From Geosiphon pyriformis uo1 (Eukaryota > Fungi > Glomeromycota): a stretch of DNA of 64,000 bases. Positions 41,013 to 53,686 of this stretch are shown in pieces. Position 1 is the first letter of the stretch. Every line of letters begins with the position of its first letter. The notes beneath the pieces were generated by a model. The model was not told the origin of the DNA. It searched no databases and worked only from the letters and a program-made list of their open reading frames with translations. Location: assembly GCA_016748015.1 (NCBI GenBank), contig JAAOMT010000295.1, forward strand, positions 62,001 through 126,000. The letters are read 5' to 3'. Made by a program: the position numbers and the translations under genes.

Positions 41013-44000
41013 TTTTTTTTTATTCATTTTACAAGTAAAATCCAAACACTACCTAGTGCTATACATCAAAAAAATGATCTAAACTAGGTGTGAATTATGC
41101 ATTTTCTATATGTGACCAGCCACTTGGGCTGATCAAAACAATATTATACAGCTATGTGAATTAAAATTGAGTTACTTATACCTGAAAAAAACAAACAAAA
41201 TTTGCAAAAGCCAAAATAAACACCAAAAGCATTGACAATGCCAAGCAATTTGACTATTCCAGCTGATAATCCTGAAGCCAAACCAGAAACCGAGATGAAA
41301 ACCAAACCATCAAGTAGAATCAACCCATTTTTCTCCATATAAACATGATGTTTAGCACAAACTGACCAGATATCACTTCTAAAAGCAAGACTAAGAAAGC
41401 ACACAAATTTGACAATCTCCAAACCAGCAATCTTGAGATTGGGAAAGACAGTAACCACCTTGTGCAACCAACCATTAAAAACAAAATCCTTATAAAGAGC
41501 CATGGACAAAGAAAAGTCAGAAACACAGGATGACAACAGTTGTAATATGCCTAAAGAAGAATAAGAGAAACCAGAAACCACCTTCCAGAAGTCCACATAA
41601 GATTCCAATAACTAACATTGAACAGAATCATCAATCTTACAAGAAAACACATGATCTGATGTCTCCACATTACCACAATATAAGCACAACACACTTGGAT
41701 AGAGTTTATTATAAAAGTGCTTCCAAATGGCAACTGGTAACCAGTAGTGCAAAGCTTTCATAAAATAAGTATGTGCATTAGCTAAGAGTCTGCTAATGAA
41801 ACTGGCAGTCATGTACAAGTTAAGGTGTTATACCAAAGATAAGCAGAGCCAATTGACCTTAGAAAGCAAACTGCCTGCCAAAAACTTGGAACCAGAACCA
41901 ACCTTCCAGCACACATGACAAACCGAGTAACAAATATCATGGACAAAATGTTTGGAATTGCCAGAGACAACACTACCATCAGCCATTATGAAGCATTCAT
42001 CTAAGCAAGAAGGAAAATACTAACTGGATAGAGAAGTGTCACCAGTAATTATGTCAGCATGCTCATTTTCTAAAACACCAGAGTGATTTTTAATCTTATG
42101 TCAGCTGACCTTCAAATTCTTACTCTAAATAACATTGACAATATGATGACATTTAATCCAACACCAATTACAAAAGTCAGGACACACCAGATCCAGTTCC
42201 AATCTACAGACATCCAGAGCAGATTGACTATCTGAAAACAATTTAACAGAGCTCAGTAAGAGAACACACTCCAGAGCCAGTGCAATAGTCTACAATTTGG
42301 CCAAAGTAGATGACATTAAATCTGACACACCAATACCCAAACCCAAATCAATGTCCTCAAAAAAAGTGGCAGTACCAGCTCTACAGCCAACTATGCCCAG
42401 ATTACTAAGGGACCCATCTGTATATACCAACAAACTGTCAGTACCAACTTGCAAGAAATGATCACAAACAGAAACAAAATCATGAGATTTAAGAATGTTT
42501 AAAGAAGCAACACTATTTAAAACTGAGAGATGAGTAAGAGAAAAACTCTCACCATTGAAAAATACAACAAAAAGCCTGAACCACTCAGGAACAAGACCAC
42601 AAGAGTCTAATCTCTTCCAACATTTGAAGATGTGCCAATTAAAGACAGAACTATGATGATCACAAAGTTGATTTACAAAGACAATACCATATTATCAAAG
42701 AGAAGGGAGAAACCTAAGAAACTGTGACTTACCCAAAACAGCAGACATAGAGACCTCACCACAAAACCAAAAAAAATTGGCCAAAAAGCCACTCAGGAAC
42801 AAATTGCAATCAAGAAAAACATGAACCATATCCACCAGAAAGTTATCAGAAGCACTGACATGAATACAAATAAGAAAACTCAATAGATGAACAAGACACC
42901 AACACAGAATTTGCAAGTCATGGAACCTGTGAAAGAACAAATAACTTAGAGTTTACAAAACTAATAAGAGAGACTACCTTGCTCTTAGACTGAACTTGAA
43001 AGAAAGACTTCAAACCATAAAAGAAAGGGTAATAAATTGTATTACTAGAAAAATCAAGTGGTAGGCCAGATTTAAGCTTTAAGCCCTTATAAATCAAAGC
43101 ATCCCACTTGTTGCACATACCAACAGGAACAAAGCTGAACTGCATCTTATAACTAACTATAAGATAAAAAACTGCCAATACCAAATATAAGAGCTGCTTA
43201 TCTAAGACAGCCTTTTTTAGGACCAAATTGGTAAAAAAATGAACATCTGAATTTGTCTTTGCCAAACTAGGCTTTGATAAACCCTTAGTCAAGAGAAAAA
43301 TACCCAAATATTGATAAGATTTATTCTTTTTGGCAATGGAGATTGGTGAGCCATTAATAGAAAGAAAAGAGTTACTGACTCTGCTATTGATAGGAATAGC
43401 CATTGTTTTGTCATTATTGATAGAAATGTCATTTATCCGAAAAAATTCACTAGCAATGTCAAGAATATGTTGAGTAGCTGCCTGACTACTACCAATCCAA
43501 ATTGTATCATCAATGAAAGTGCCAGCAGCAAAAAAAGAAGAGAGTCCAGTCTGAGATTTAGTGCAACCACTTCTGAAAACAAAATGAGAATTCAACCTAT
43601 ATCCACACACACTTTCCTGACACTTGATTTCACACAACAGAGGATCATAAAATATATGCCACAGCAGGAGCAAAAAAACCTCTCCCTGGTCCAAACTATT
43701 ATGTACTCAATACCCATCTATCAAACCAAAATCTATCATAACACGGTTGGTACAATTCCTATAAATACTACTAAAAAATTAAATAAACTTGCTGTACATA
43801 TTAATCCTAACTAAACTCTTTTCAAGATACTCTCAGCCAACTGAATCATATGCTTTCTGCATGTTTTGTAAAACCAGCCAAAGCTCTTGATTCTTTTCCA
43901 AAGTATCCTTAACAACCAAACCAATTACAAAAATAGGGAACTGGGTTGTTATATCCTTTAAAACCAAAAAATTGTCTCCACAAAGGACATTAAAATTGCT

Positions 44001-47000
44001 GCATGTTGAAGAAATCCTATTAGAGAGAATTTTGGAAAGAATTTTACAAGCTGTTTCAATTAAAGCAATAGGTTGAGTATTTGTTAAAATATTTTCTCAT
44101 TCATAAGGTTTGGGAATCATTGAAACCCAAGCCTCTTTCTATGAACTGGGCACAGATTCTCCAGACAGACAAGAATTTAAAAGCACTAAAAACATATCCA
44201 GAACCATCTTATTACAATGTTTCCAAAGCTCATTTGATATACTTGAGAGACTAGTAGCTTTGCCATTAGACAGAAAAAAAACCACTTCAAACAATTCATC
44301 AAATTTAATTGAGCACATAACACTGGAGAAAGCTTTATTAAAAACATACTCCAAAGGTTAATATTGATAACACCAATTACCAAAGACATTATCAACTATC
44401 TGATGCTTCTTAGTTCAACCTTTCATGATTACATCTATCTTAGACTTAACCAAATTGGGATCCAAAATCAGTTTATCATCAAAAACCAGATGGTTAAGTA
44501 CCACTTTGCAAAATGAGCACTTCAACATACTTCTAATTATATGACCTTTATTTACCTTAAAGCTCTCCATTCTCTTATCTATAGCAGTTTTGATGTTGAT
44601 CTCTTTAGTCCTTAGAGACTTAGCAAGTTTGGATGTGCAATAAGATCTTTTAGCACCAAAGAAAACAAAACAAATACGATCAGGGGTTGTATCAGAGTCC
44701 ACAATATTCTAAATGACTAAGGTCTTAATATTTTCCAGAAAAACCCAGCACTTTATAAGAGAATCAAAATTCACAACACTCTCTTCACGAAAAGCCTTAA
44801 CAATTCTAGAAACCAAAAGCTCCAATTTGTGAAACCTTGAAGATTCCTTGGTAAAGATATTATCAAATCTTTTGAACTATTTCTTCTTGAACACTTCATT
44901 AGCTAAAAGAACTATCACCTTGTGAATAATATCTCATAATACATCCAGATCTAAGAATTTTGTGGTGGTAGCAAACTTATTTAAAAACATTACCACATTG
45001 GCTGATGTAGCACTTCTAAAATTGTTTTATTTAGCCTTATTAGTACTCTTGAAATCAAACTTTCACCAATTCCTATTCACTTGCTTGCAAAGAGAGTTCA
45101 ACTGCATATCTAAAAGTCCACCCAAACTCACAGATACAGAAACAGCCTAATGATTAGTATCAAAAAATTCCCCAACATCACACACATTGTGATCCATTAC
45201 AACATTAACCAAGTTTGAAGAAACAAACAAAAAGTCAATTGTTTTAGCCACACCATAAGAGTTAGTCCAAGTAGATGTCTTTACAAAAGAACTTCTACTC
45301 AAGAAGTTGACCAAACCAAGATCTAAACACTTTTTGAAACTGGCACACTTATGAGAGCCATTTTCATTAAAGTTGTCACCCAGAACAACAAAAAAAGACT
45401 CATTTACAGCTTTAGCAATCATAGAGTTAATTTTACCAGCTTGGGAGAACCGAACTGACAAAGAAGCACCAACATAGAGCCCCAAAATCAAAACAGAAAG
45501 TTTGCTTTTGAAAAGTAGTCTGATAGAGAGAAGTCGACCAAGAACCTCAGAAATTTTACATACATGATGAGCCAGAAAAATGTTCATAATAATGACAATA
45601 CCAGAATCCAAGTTACTAAAGTCTGTATCAGAAGTGAAAACACAGATACTATCAAACCTATCAGCAATCCACAGACAAACCTTACTCCATAACTTGGTCT
45701 CAGTAATAATTAAAATCAAATTGTCCATATTCTTGTGCCAATGAACAATATCCTTATGTTTTGTAGAATTGTTCATATTCCAAACATTGCAAGTAGCAAT
45801 TTTTCAAACTAAACTGATTATTGAAATAGAAAAAGAGCTAATAAACCCAAACTAGAACACAAAGAGTCCAATTTTGCCAATACTGAATTAACCAAAACTT
45901 CCAGAGCCATCATTTTTGATTCCAAACCACCCACCTTAGTGGTAAGCATCTTTGAACTGCTCAAACTTAAGTCAGGAGTAGCATCATTGATTACTGAGAG
46001 AATAGGAGAAGAGGGCACCACCATGTTATCCACAGCCATATCCGAATTCAAAGCTGAGTTCAAGGGAGGAGTGACAAAAGAGAGAGAAACATAAGATGAT
46101 AATGACATCAGCACCAAATTCACAAAGCTCAATTTTCTTAAAATTTCTGAAATCTGATCTGACAAAAGCTCCAAAGAGTGCTCCAAAAAAGCCATATGGT
46201 TGGACAAACCAGAATCATCAAGAAGGTCAGAAGTTATTACTAAAGATTTTGTACTCAAAAACAAACCAGCACCAGAAAGAACTGACAAGGCCATATAAAA
46301 AAGAGAGCTACTTGCAATTTGAATCCAAGTTTTTCCACCAAAAAAAACCAGATGAACAACCAGAGTCTGCTTTCTCTTATAAATGTTAGCCAGATGGACC
46401 TGATCCTGAAAAGACACCATTTACTTATAACAAACCTCAGAATTTCCACCAACCAAACACACATCAGAAATATGACCAAATTGTTTACATTTGGTGCAAC
46501 AAGCCAAAGAAAGACCAGTCTAGCACAAATTCACATCTTTATAAACTGGAACAGAACCAATAGCAGCCAATTTGGATGCTTTATTATCGAAACAAACTAC
46601 TGCACATCTATCACAAACATATGAATCAGGATTACAACCAATAAAACAGGTTTTTCTACCATATGAATCTAACAAATCTGATAAATTATGAGCAGTAGTG
46701 CCCATTGGCAAAGTGTACAACAAAGTCCGATGACAATCCCTGGCCATTCATAAATCTTTGTCATTTATTGCCAATGCAACATGAACAGAATTTTTACTCA
46801 TGAGAACCAACTATTTGGAAGCAACTGAACTAGCCACATCTGATGATTCAAATTCCATTAGAGCTTTTTGTCAAAGTCTAATCAGTTGCATCCTAATTGA
46901 AATCACCTAACCAAACTTAGAGAACACTGACTCAATCACCAATTTGGGAAAATTCATTGAGATCTTCTTGACTATTACTTTCCAATCTGAATGGCTGTTT

Positions 47001-47903
47001 GGTTTCCTAACATCAATATTTACCAAAAATTTTTTACTGATTACTATTTCTCTGGCTTTGATTAAACTTAATTCGAAAATAAAAAAAGATCTAATAATGT
47101 CTGGAAGTTTTAAAAGAGCAGATGTCCTTTCACAACCATCAACCCAATAAAAAATCTTTTCACAGCAATCAATTTGTCACCAATAGTTTTGCCAGACAAG
47201 GCAGAAATTCTAATATCCAACATAAAAGACTTAACTGGATCAAAAACACATATTTCCAAAGCATGTGATCCAATAGAGAGCAATTTTTTGGAGCCTGCAA
47301 ACTTAAAAGATGGAAAAGCCACCAAATCTTCATTATTACTTAAAACGTCAAATGAAGGAGTCTTCAGGAATTGATCTAACACATATGTGCAAATGTGCAT
47401 TTTCCTGGGAGTGGTATTATTCTTTATGTCATCAACCACAAAAACATCTAAGTCAGCATAACTAGTTTTCTTAGCGACAGTATTTTTCATGTTTTTTAAG
47501 TCCAACAGACTGCTTATGCTACTTGTTTTGCTTTTCATTTTGCTGCCCCAAGATTTCAAAAACTTACCATTAACATTGCCAACATTAGCCAGGCCCAATG
47601 GGCCAGCAGACAAATTAACCATACTAATGCCAACTTTGGAATTTTTAGACTTCTTGTAAGATGCACTATGAAAGTACACACTATTAACTCTTTTTTTTTT
47701 TGCATCAGGCCAGGTCTTTAAACCAGCAGAAACAGATACAAAGCCACCAGCAGCAAGATTTATTGGTTTTATGTTCACAAATAAAGGTATGTCTAAAGAA
47801 ATAATTGAAAGTATGAAGGGAAAAGGGAGTAGAAAAACTTTTTCTTCAGCAATATCTCACTCTCATTGTAACTGGGGGATCAACAAGAGAAAGTTTTTAA
47901 TTA
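41013..47903 (-). mobile_element. LINE-C: full-length ~6.9-kb LINE flanked by TSD CTGTATTT
   Basis: ORF1 47778-45818 with CTKCKQFGHISDVC knuckle. ORF2 45821-41144 with APE (ITETKL, GDNFN, IDFLF), RT (QGEV, FIDDT), RNase H and CLYCGNVETSDHVFSC. Poly(T) at 41010-41021. TSD at 41005-41012 and 47904-47911. Confidence 0.95.
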
Positions 47904-47989
47904 CTGTATTTAGTTTGAATTACTTAGTTTGATTCTATGTACTAGATAGCAATTGGGCTTTATTTGTAAAATCTCATAATAAAAAAAAA
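47904..47989 (+). mobile_element. Displaced 3' tail and poly(A) of LINE-B
   Basis: Continues the LINE-B 3' UTR exactly where it breaks at 41012; homologous to the LINE-D 3' UTR. Confidence 0.9.
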
Positions 47990-49299
47990 TTATAATTTGA
48001 AATTTATTTTATATTATTTATTTTTGTGAATTTTATTATTAATTTTTAGTTATATTATATTATTTCTTATTATTTAACAAAAATAATTATTAATTTATTA
48101 AGATTTAATTAACTTTAAATCTATAAATTTTTTCAAAATATCCATCTTTTTATTATTAAATTATTATTATTTTTTACAAGTAAATTTTATTAATATTTAA
48201 TACAATACAACTATTTAAAATTTTAAATTAAATATATGTATTTTCTATATACAATTAGTTACTTAATTAATTAAAACAATACTACAAAACTATATTAATT
48301 AATATACTAATAAATATATTAGAAAAAATATATTATTACAATTAAATTTTTTATTTTTTAGTTTTTATTTATTTACTTAATTATAATTAGTCATTTTATT
48401 TTTAGAATTACTTATTAATATAATTATTAACTTAGTTATTAATGTGATTATTGACTTAATTATTAATTTGATTATTAATTAAATTATTAGCTTAATTATT
48501 AATTTTTTTTAAAAATACATAAGCAAAACTTTTAAAAATTATAAAAAAACATTTATACTTAAATTATATTTAAATTAATACAATAATATTAACTTTTTTA
48601 TTTTTTTTAATTTGTATAATTGTTAATTTTTAAAAAGTATATTGAATAAATATTTATTGAAAAATACAATTGATATTTTATATTAAAAAATATTAACTTG
48701 TTAATTTAATTATAATAATATAACTAATACTTAATCTAAAATTAATAACATAATTTTTAGTTATTTTTAATAAATTTACAATACTTTATAATAATACAAT
48801 TAAAAAATTTTAAATATTTACAAATGTTAAATTATTATTTTTCAATAAATTATCTTATTTTATTATTAATAACAGCTTAAAATTAGACAATTATACAAAA
48901 TTTTTATGATTAACAATCAAATTTTATACAAAATTAACTAATTTAATATAATAGTTTTAGTATTATCAAAAGTTATTTTAGTTTCTATTAACTAATTTTT
49001 GAAAACAAACTTTTTATATAAAACTATATACAAACTAATATTAAAATAATATAAGATTAGTAATTAAAATATTATTATTAATACCAAATTTATATCAGTT
49101 AAAGTTTTTTTTAAAAAAAATTATTTATTTAACAACTTTTAATAAACAAAAAAATCCAAGTTATAAACAAAAACATAATTTAAAAACTCTATTTTTTTAT
49201 AATATATATATATATATTAATAATAGACTTGTTAATAAACTTAATAGTGATATAAAAATTAGAATACTAAATTTAAACAGTATAAAATCAATTAATATT

Positions 49300-52200
49300 A
49301 CTAATAAGCAAAATAATTGAAATCTTAGAATTTAAATTAATCTTTTATAAAAAATATTTAATCATATTATTTATTAATTTAATAAAATAATACATATTAT
49401 TAGAAATTACTTTATTATTTATTATTAAAAATTTTTTTTTAATATTATTATAAAAAATAAGTGTTGAAAATATAATCTAATTTATTAATATACTTAAATA
49501 ATTTTTTATTTTTATTTATTTAATAAAAATATTTTTGTATTTAATCAAGTTTTTAATATAATAATATTTTATTTAGCAAAATGCTTAATTTTTAATATTA
49601 ATTTAGTTTTATAAGTATCTAAAAATGTCTAATTATTCAAAAAGTTATAACAACAAATAATACTAAAACAATATTTTATATTTTAGTCAATATAAATAAT
49701 AGTAAATCAAAGATTTTAACATCTATATTTAAATTTATGTTAAAAAAATAGACAATAATACTATTAACAACACTAAAAAAGCCAAAGTTTTTAATAAATT
49801 TATTTGTAAAAATCAAAATTTTAGACAAAAATACAGTTTGTAAACCAAAACAAATAAATATAAAAACATTTATATCTGACTAATTTTAAATAGTTTTTTA
49901 TTTAACTACTATTAATAATAAAATCTAAAATATAAGTAAACTAAAAAAAAACCAAATCTTTGGAATTTATATGCTTTTAATAATAAAATTTTATATATAA
50001 AACATTATTTATAACTATTTAATAATAATTTAACAAAAATAATACCAAAACACTTAAGAAATCTAACAATTCAAAAAACTTAATATATTTAAGACAAAAA
50101 TATTATATTTAAAATAAAAAACATTGAATATATTAATAATTAAGAAAATTTATTTTATAAAAATATTTTTACAATATTGGCCAGAAAATTGTTTGTAGAA
50201 TTGACTTTTAATTTGACTAAAAAACAGAAAAAAATTTAAAAAACTTAATTTATTATTTATAAATCTAATAATTTGTATTTAAAAAATCTGCCAAGAATAC
50301 TTTTAGTATTAACAAAACATATTATAGAAATTATCTTATTTTTAGTCTGAACTTAATTAAATAACTTTAAATTATATAATAATAAATAGTAAATAACATT
50401 ACTTAAAAAGTTTTTAGATAAATTAAACTTATATTTTAATTATTTTTTAATTAAATAATCTTATTTTTTATATATGTTTTTGTTAATAAAACTAAATTAA
50501 GTTTTGTATTTTATAATAAACTATAATATAACCAAAACCAAATATGAAAACTGCTTATTAAAAATAGTTTTATATAATACTATTAATAAAAAAAACTTTA
50601 TATTTATCTTTTTTAAATTAAAACCAGAAAGATTTTTTGTTAACAAAAAATACTTAGATATTAATGAAACTTATTAAGTTTGGCAATTATAATTGAAAAA
50701 CTATTTATACATAAAAAAATTTTCTTAATTTTTAGATTAATAAAAATAATTACTATTTTATTTATATTGATCAAAATAATAGTAATATTAAAAAACTTAT
50801 TAACAATATTCAGAATGATTTATATTGTTGTATAAAAATTATTAATTTAAATTGTATTATTAATAAAAATATTAGCAGTTAGATAAAATATTAATTATAT
50901 ATTAAATTTAATTCTGTTAGTTTTTATAATAAACTTAAAATTCATTTAATATCCATAAATAAATTTCTGTTTTTTAATCTTGCACAAAAAAAAATCCTAA
51001 AAAATTCTTCAAAAAAAATTAAAAACACTTTACTTTAATTTAAACTATCATGTACAATATAATTTTTTATTAATTTAAAGTTAATTATAATTTTATTTGT
51101 ATAATTATTGTAAATATTTCTAAAAAATTTGATAAATTAGTTGTATATCTTAATTTTCTTCAAATTATTATTTAAAAATAATCAGTCTATAAAATTATAA
51201 ACTTTATATATATTTTAAAATACTAATTACATTTTTCTGTCTTTTTTCAAAGCATTTTTAACAACAAATCTAATAATAAAAATTGAAAATTAAAATAAAA
51301 TATTTTTTAGTACTAAAAAGTTTTTTTTTTTTAAATTTTAAACTTGTTATAAACCACTGAAATTTGATTAGATAGAATTTTTTTTATAGTTTTAATTAAA
51401 GTAATTAGCTTAGTATTTATTAAAACATTTTTTTATTTATATAGTCTTAAAATTATTAAGACTTATATTTTTTTAAGTATTCAAACGGTTTTTTTTAACA
51501 AACACATATTTAACAAATCTAAAAACCAGACCAAAATAAATTTATTACAATATTTTTATATCTTATTGATATTTTTAAAAAAACTTGTGAATTTTTTTTA
51601 AAAAATTTTTTAATAATTATAAAAATTTATCTAAGCTAATTTACTTCATAATATTAGAAAATATATTGTTATTAATATAGTTTAAAAGAGCAAACCAACT
51701 TTATTAATAAGAATAAATTGCATTTTTAAGTACATGTTTTTTGATCCAATTTTTTATAATCAAATTTATTTTGTTCTTAATTATATTAAATTGCAAAATT
51801 AACTTTTTATTATTAACTAAGCAATTTAAAACAACTTTTTTAATAAACTGTTTTAACACACTTCTAATTATCAAACTTTTATTATTAATAAAAGTTTTTA
51901 TATATTTAATAATATTATTTTTAATATATAAATTCTTAATAATTTTAAATTTAGATATCTTACAAATCTTATAAGGCTTCTTAATATAAGTTAAATATTG
52001 TTCTATTATACTATTATTAAAGTTACAAATTAATAATTTTAAAAATTTTATAGCTAAATTTAAGTTAAATTTGATCTATTTATTTACCAAAACTTAAAAC
52101 TTTCTTAAATTATTTAATTTAAATCATTTAAATTTTATATATAAGCAATTTTAACTTAAAAGATTTAAAAAATACAGTATTTTTGGCCAAGCCATTATCT

Positions 52201-53500
52201 TAAAACCAAACTTTTAAAAATATGACATTAGCCATAAAATACAAACTTTTATTAAACAATATTTATATTCTATTAAAATTAGTTTTATTTTACAAAATCT
52301 AAAATTATTTACAATTTACAAGATAGTATCCAAAAATAAATTATTAAATTTTTCTTAAACTTTTTTGTTAATAATATTAATCTTGTATTTTTACTTATTT
52401 TTATTGGTTTGCTTATGTACTAAATTAAGCTAAAAATTAAAAAAACTTTTCAATTTAATATTTACTAATAAAGCTAAATAATCAATATTGAAAAACTTAT
52501 TAAACTAATATATTTATTAATTATAAACTGAATTTTAAACTATTATTTATCAAAATAAATTTTATATATTTTTTTACAACTTTAAAAATAAACTATATAG
52601 ACAACTTGTATAAATTAAAATTATTAAAAAAATTAAACAAATTTAAATTCAAGAATTTCTTAAAGCTAATATTATAACTTAAATTGTTTTTATTAAAATT
52701 ACTATTTAAAATCATAAAAGTACTAGTACTTAAAATATTAATAATTTTAAAATTAATATATAAACTTAAATTAATATTTTTTTCAAAGTAGTACCAGTAT
52801 ATAAACTTAAAATAATAACTATTTATTTATTTTTAAACAATAATCAATTTAATAATAGTTTACTAAAAATTTCAAAAATCTTAAAAATATGGTTGACTAA
52901 ATAATTATTCATAATTATTGTAATATTAGGATCCAAAAAACCAGAATTTAAATCTAAAATAAAAATTTGTACATTAAAATAAAAAAAACATTGTTGATAT
53001 ATTATTAATTATTAATGCTTATGTTTTATTAACAAAAAAAACTGAATAAAAAATAAAAACTTGTTTTTTTGTATATATATATATATAATATTGTTTATTA
53101 AAACTATTAAATAACTTTTTACCATAATTTATTAACTTTCTATTAAGCACATAAATATTTAAAACATAATTATTCTACTTATAACTAATACATAAAAAAA
53201 ATATTAGATTAGTTTAACACAAACTTATATTTTTAAAATTAAATAAATAATAGTTTTCTTAAAAATAGCAAAATTAAAACAAACTACAATATAATAAACT
53301 TATATATATATAACTAAATTATATATTATTATACAAGTTTTTCAAAAAAATTTTAGATATTGTAAATTATAGTGTTTATAAAAAACATATATAGAAAAGT
53401 ATAATACTAATTTTTTAAGTTCTATATATATTTGTCTGTAATAACTTTGGTTATTTACACAAAATTTTTATTTAACAAAATTAATTATTTAAAAATAACT
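49300..53500 (-). mobile_element. Ghost LINE of the same family, almost stripped of G/C
   Basis: 50570-50521 reads KTIFNKQFSYLVLVIL (cf. KTITDKQFSYLVLAVL). ~50670 reads H*YLSIFL (cf. HRYLGIFL). 51240-51330 matches 43890-43975. Limits are approximate. Confidence 0.7.
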
Positions 53501-53686
53501 AATTTAATAGTATTAATACTCTTAAACTTAATTAATACTTTTTGTTAAAGATTAATTAGTTGTATTTTGATTGTTTTTACTTAATTAATTTAATATATGT
53601 TAATATTATTATTAATTTAAAAAAATTAATTGGAATTTTTTTGATAATTTTTTTTTAATTTAATCTAATATTGACCTATTTCAAAG

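Noticed and set aside
34551-47997. ATTATAATT as a TSD for LINE-B
   Set aside because: Pure A/T in AT-rich flanks and overlaps the element's own 5' end; likely chance
12861-51974. ORFs 12861-13100, 30278-30538 and 51741-51974 as genes
   Set aside because: Compositionally biased chance ORFs in AT-rich or ghost-TE DNA with no motifs
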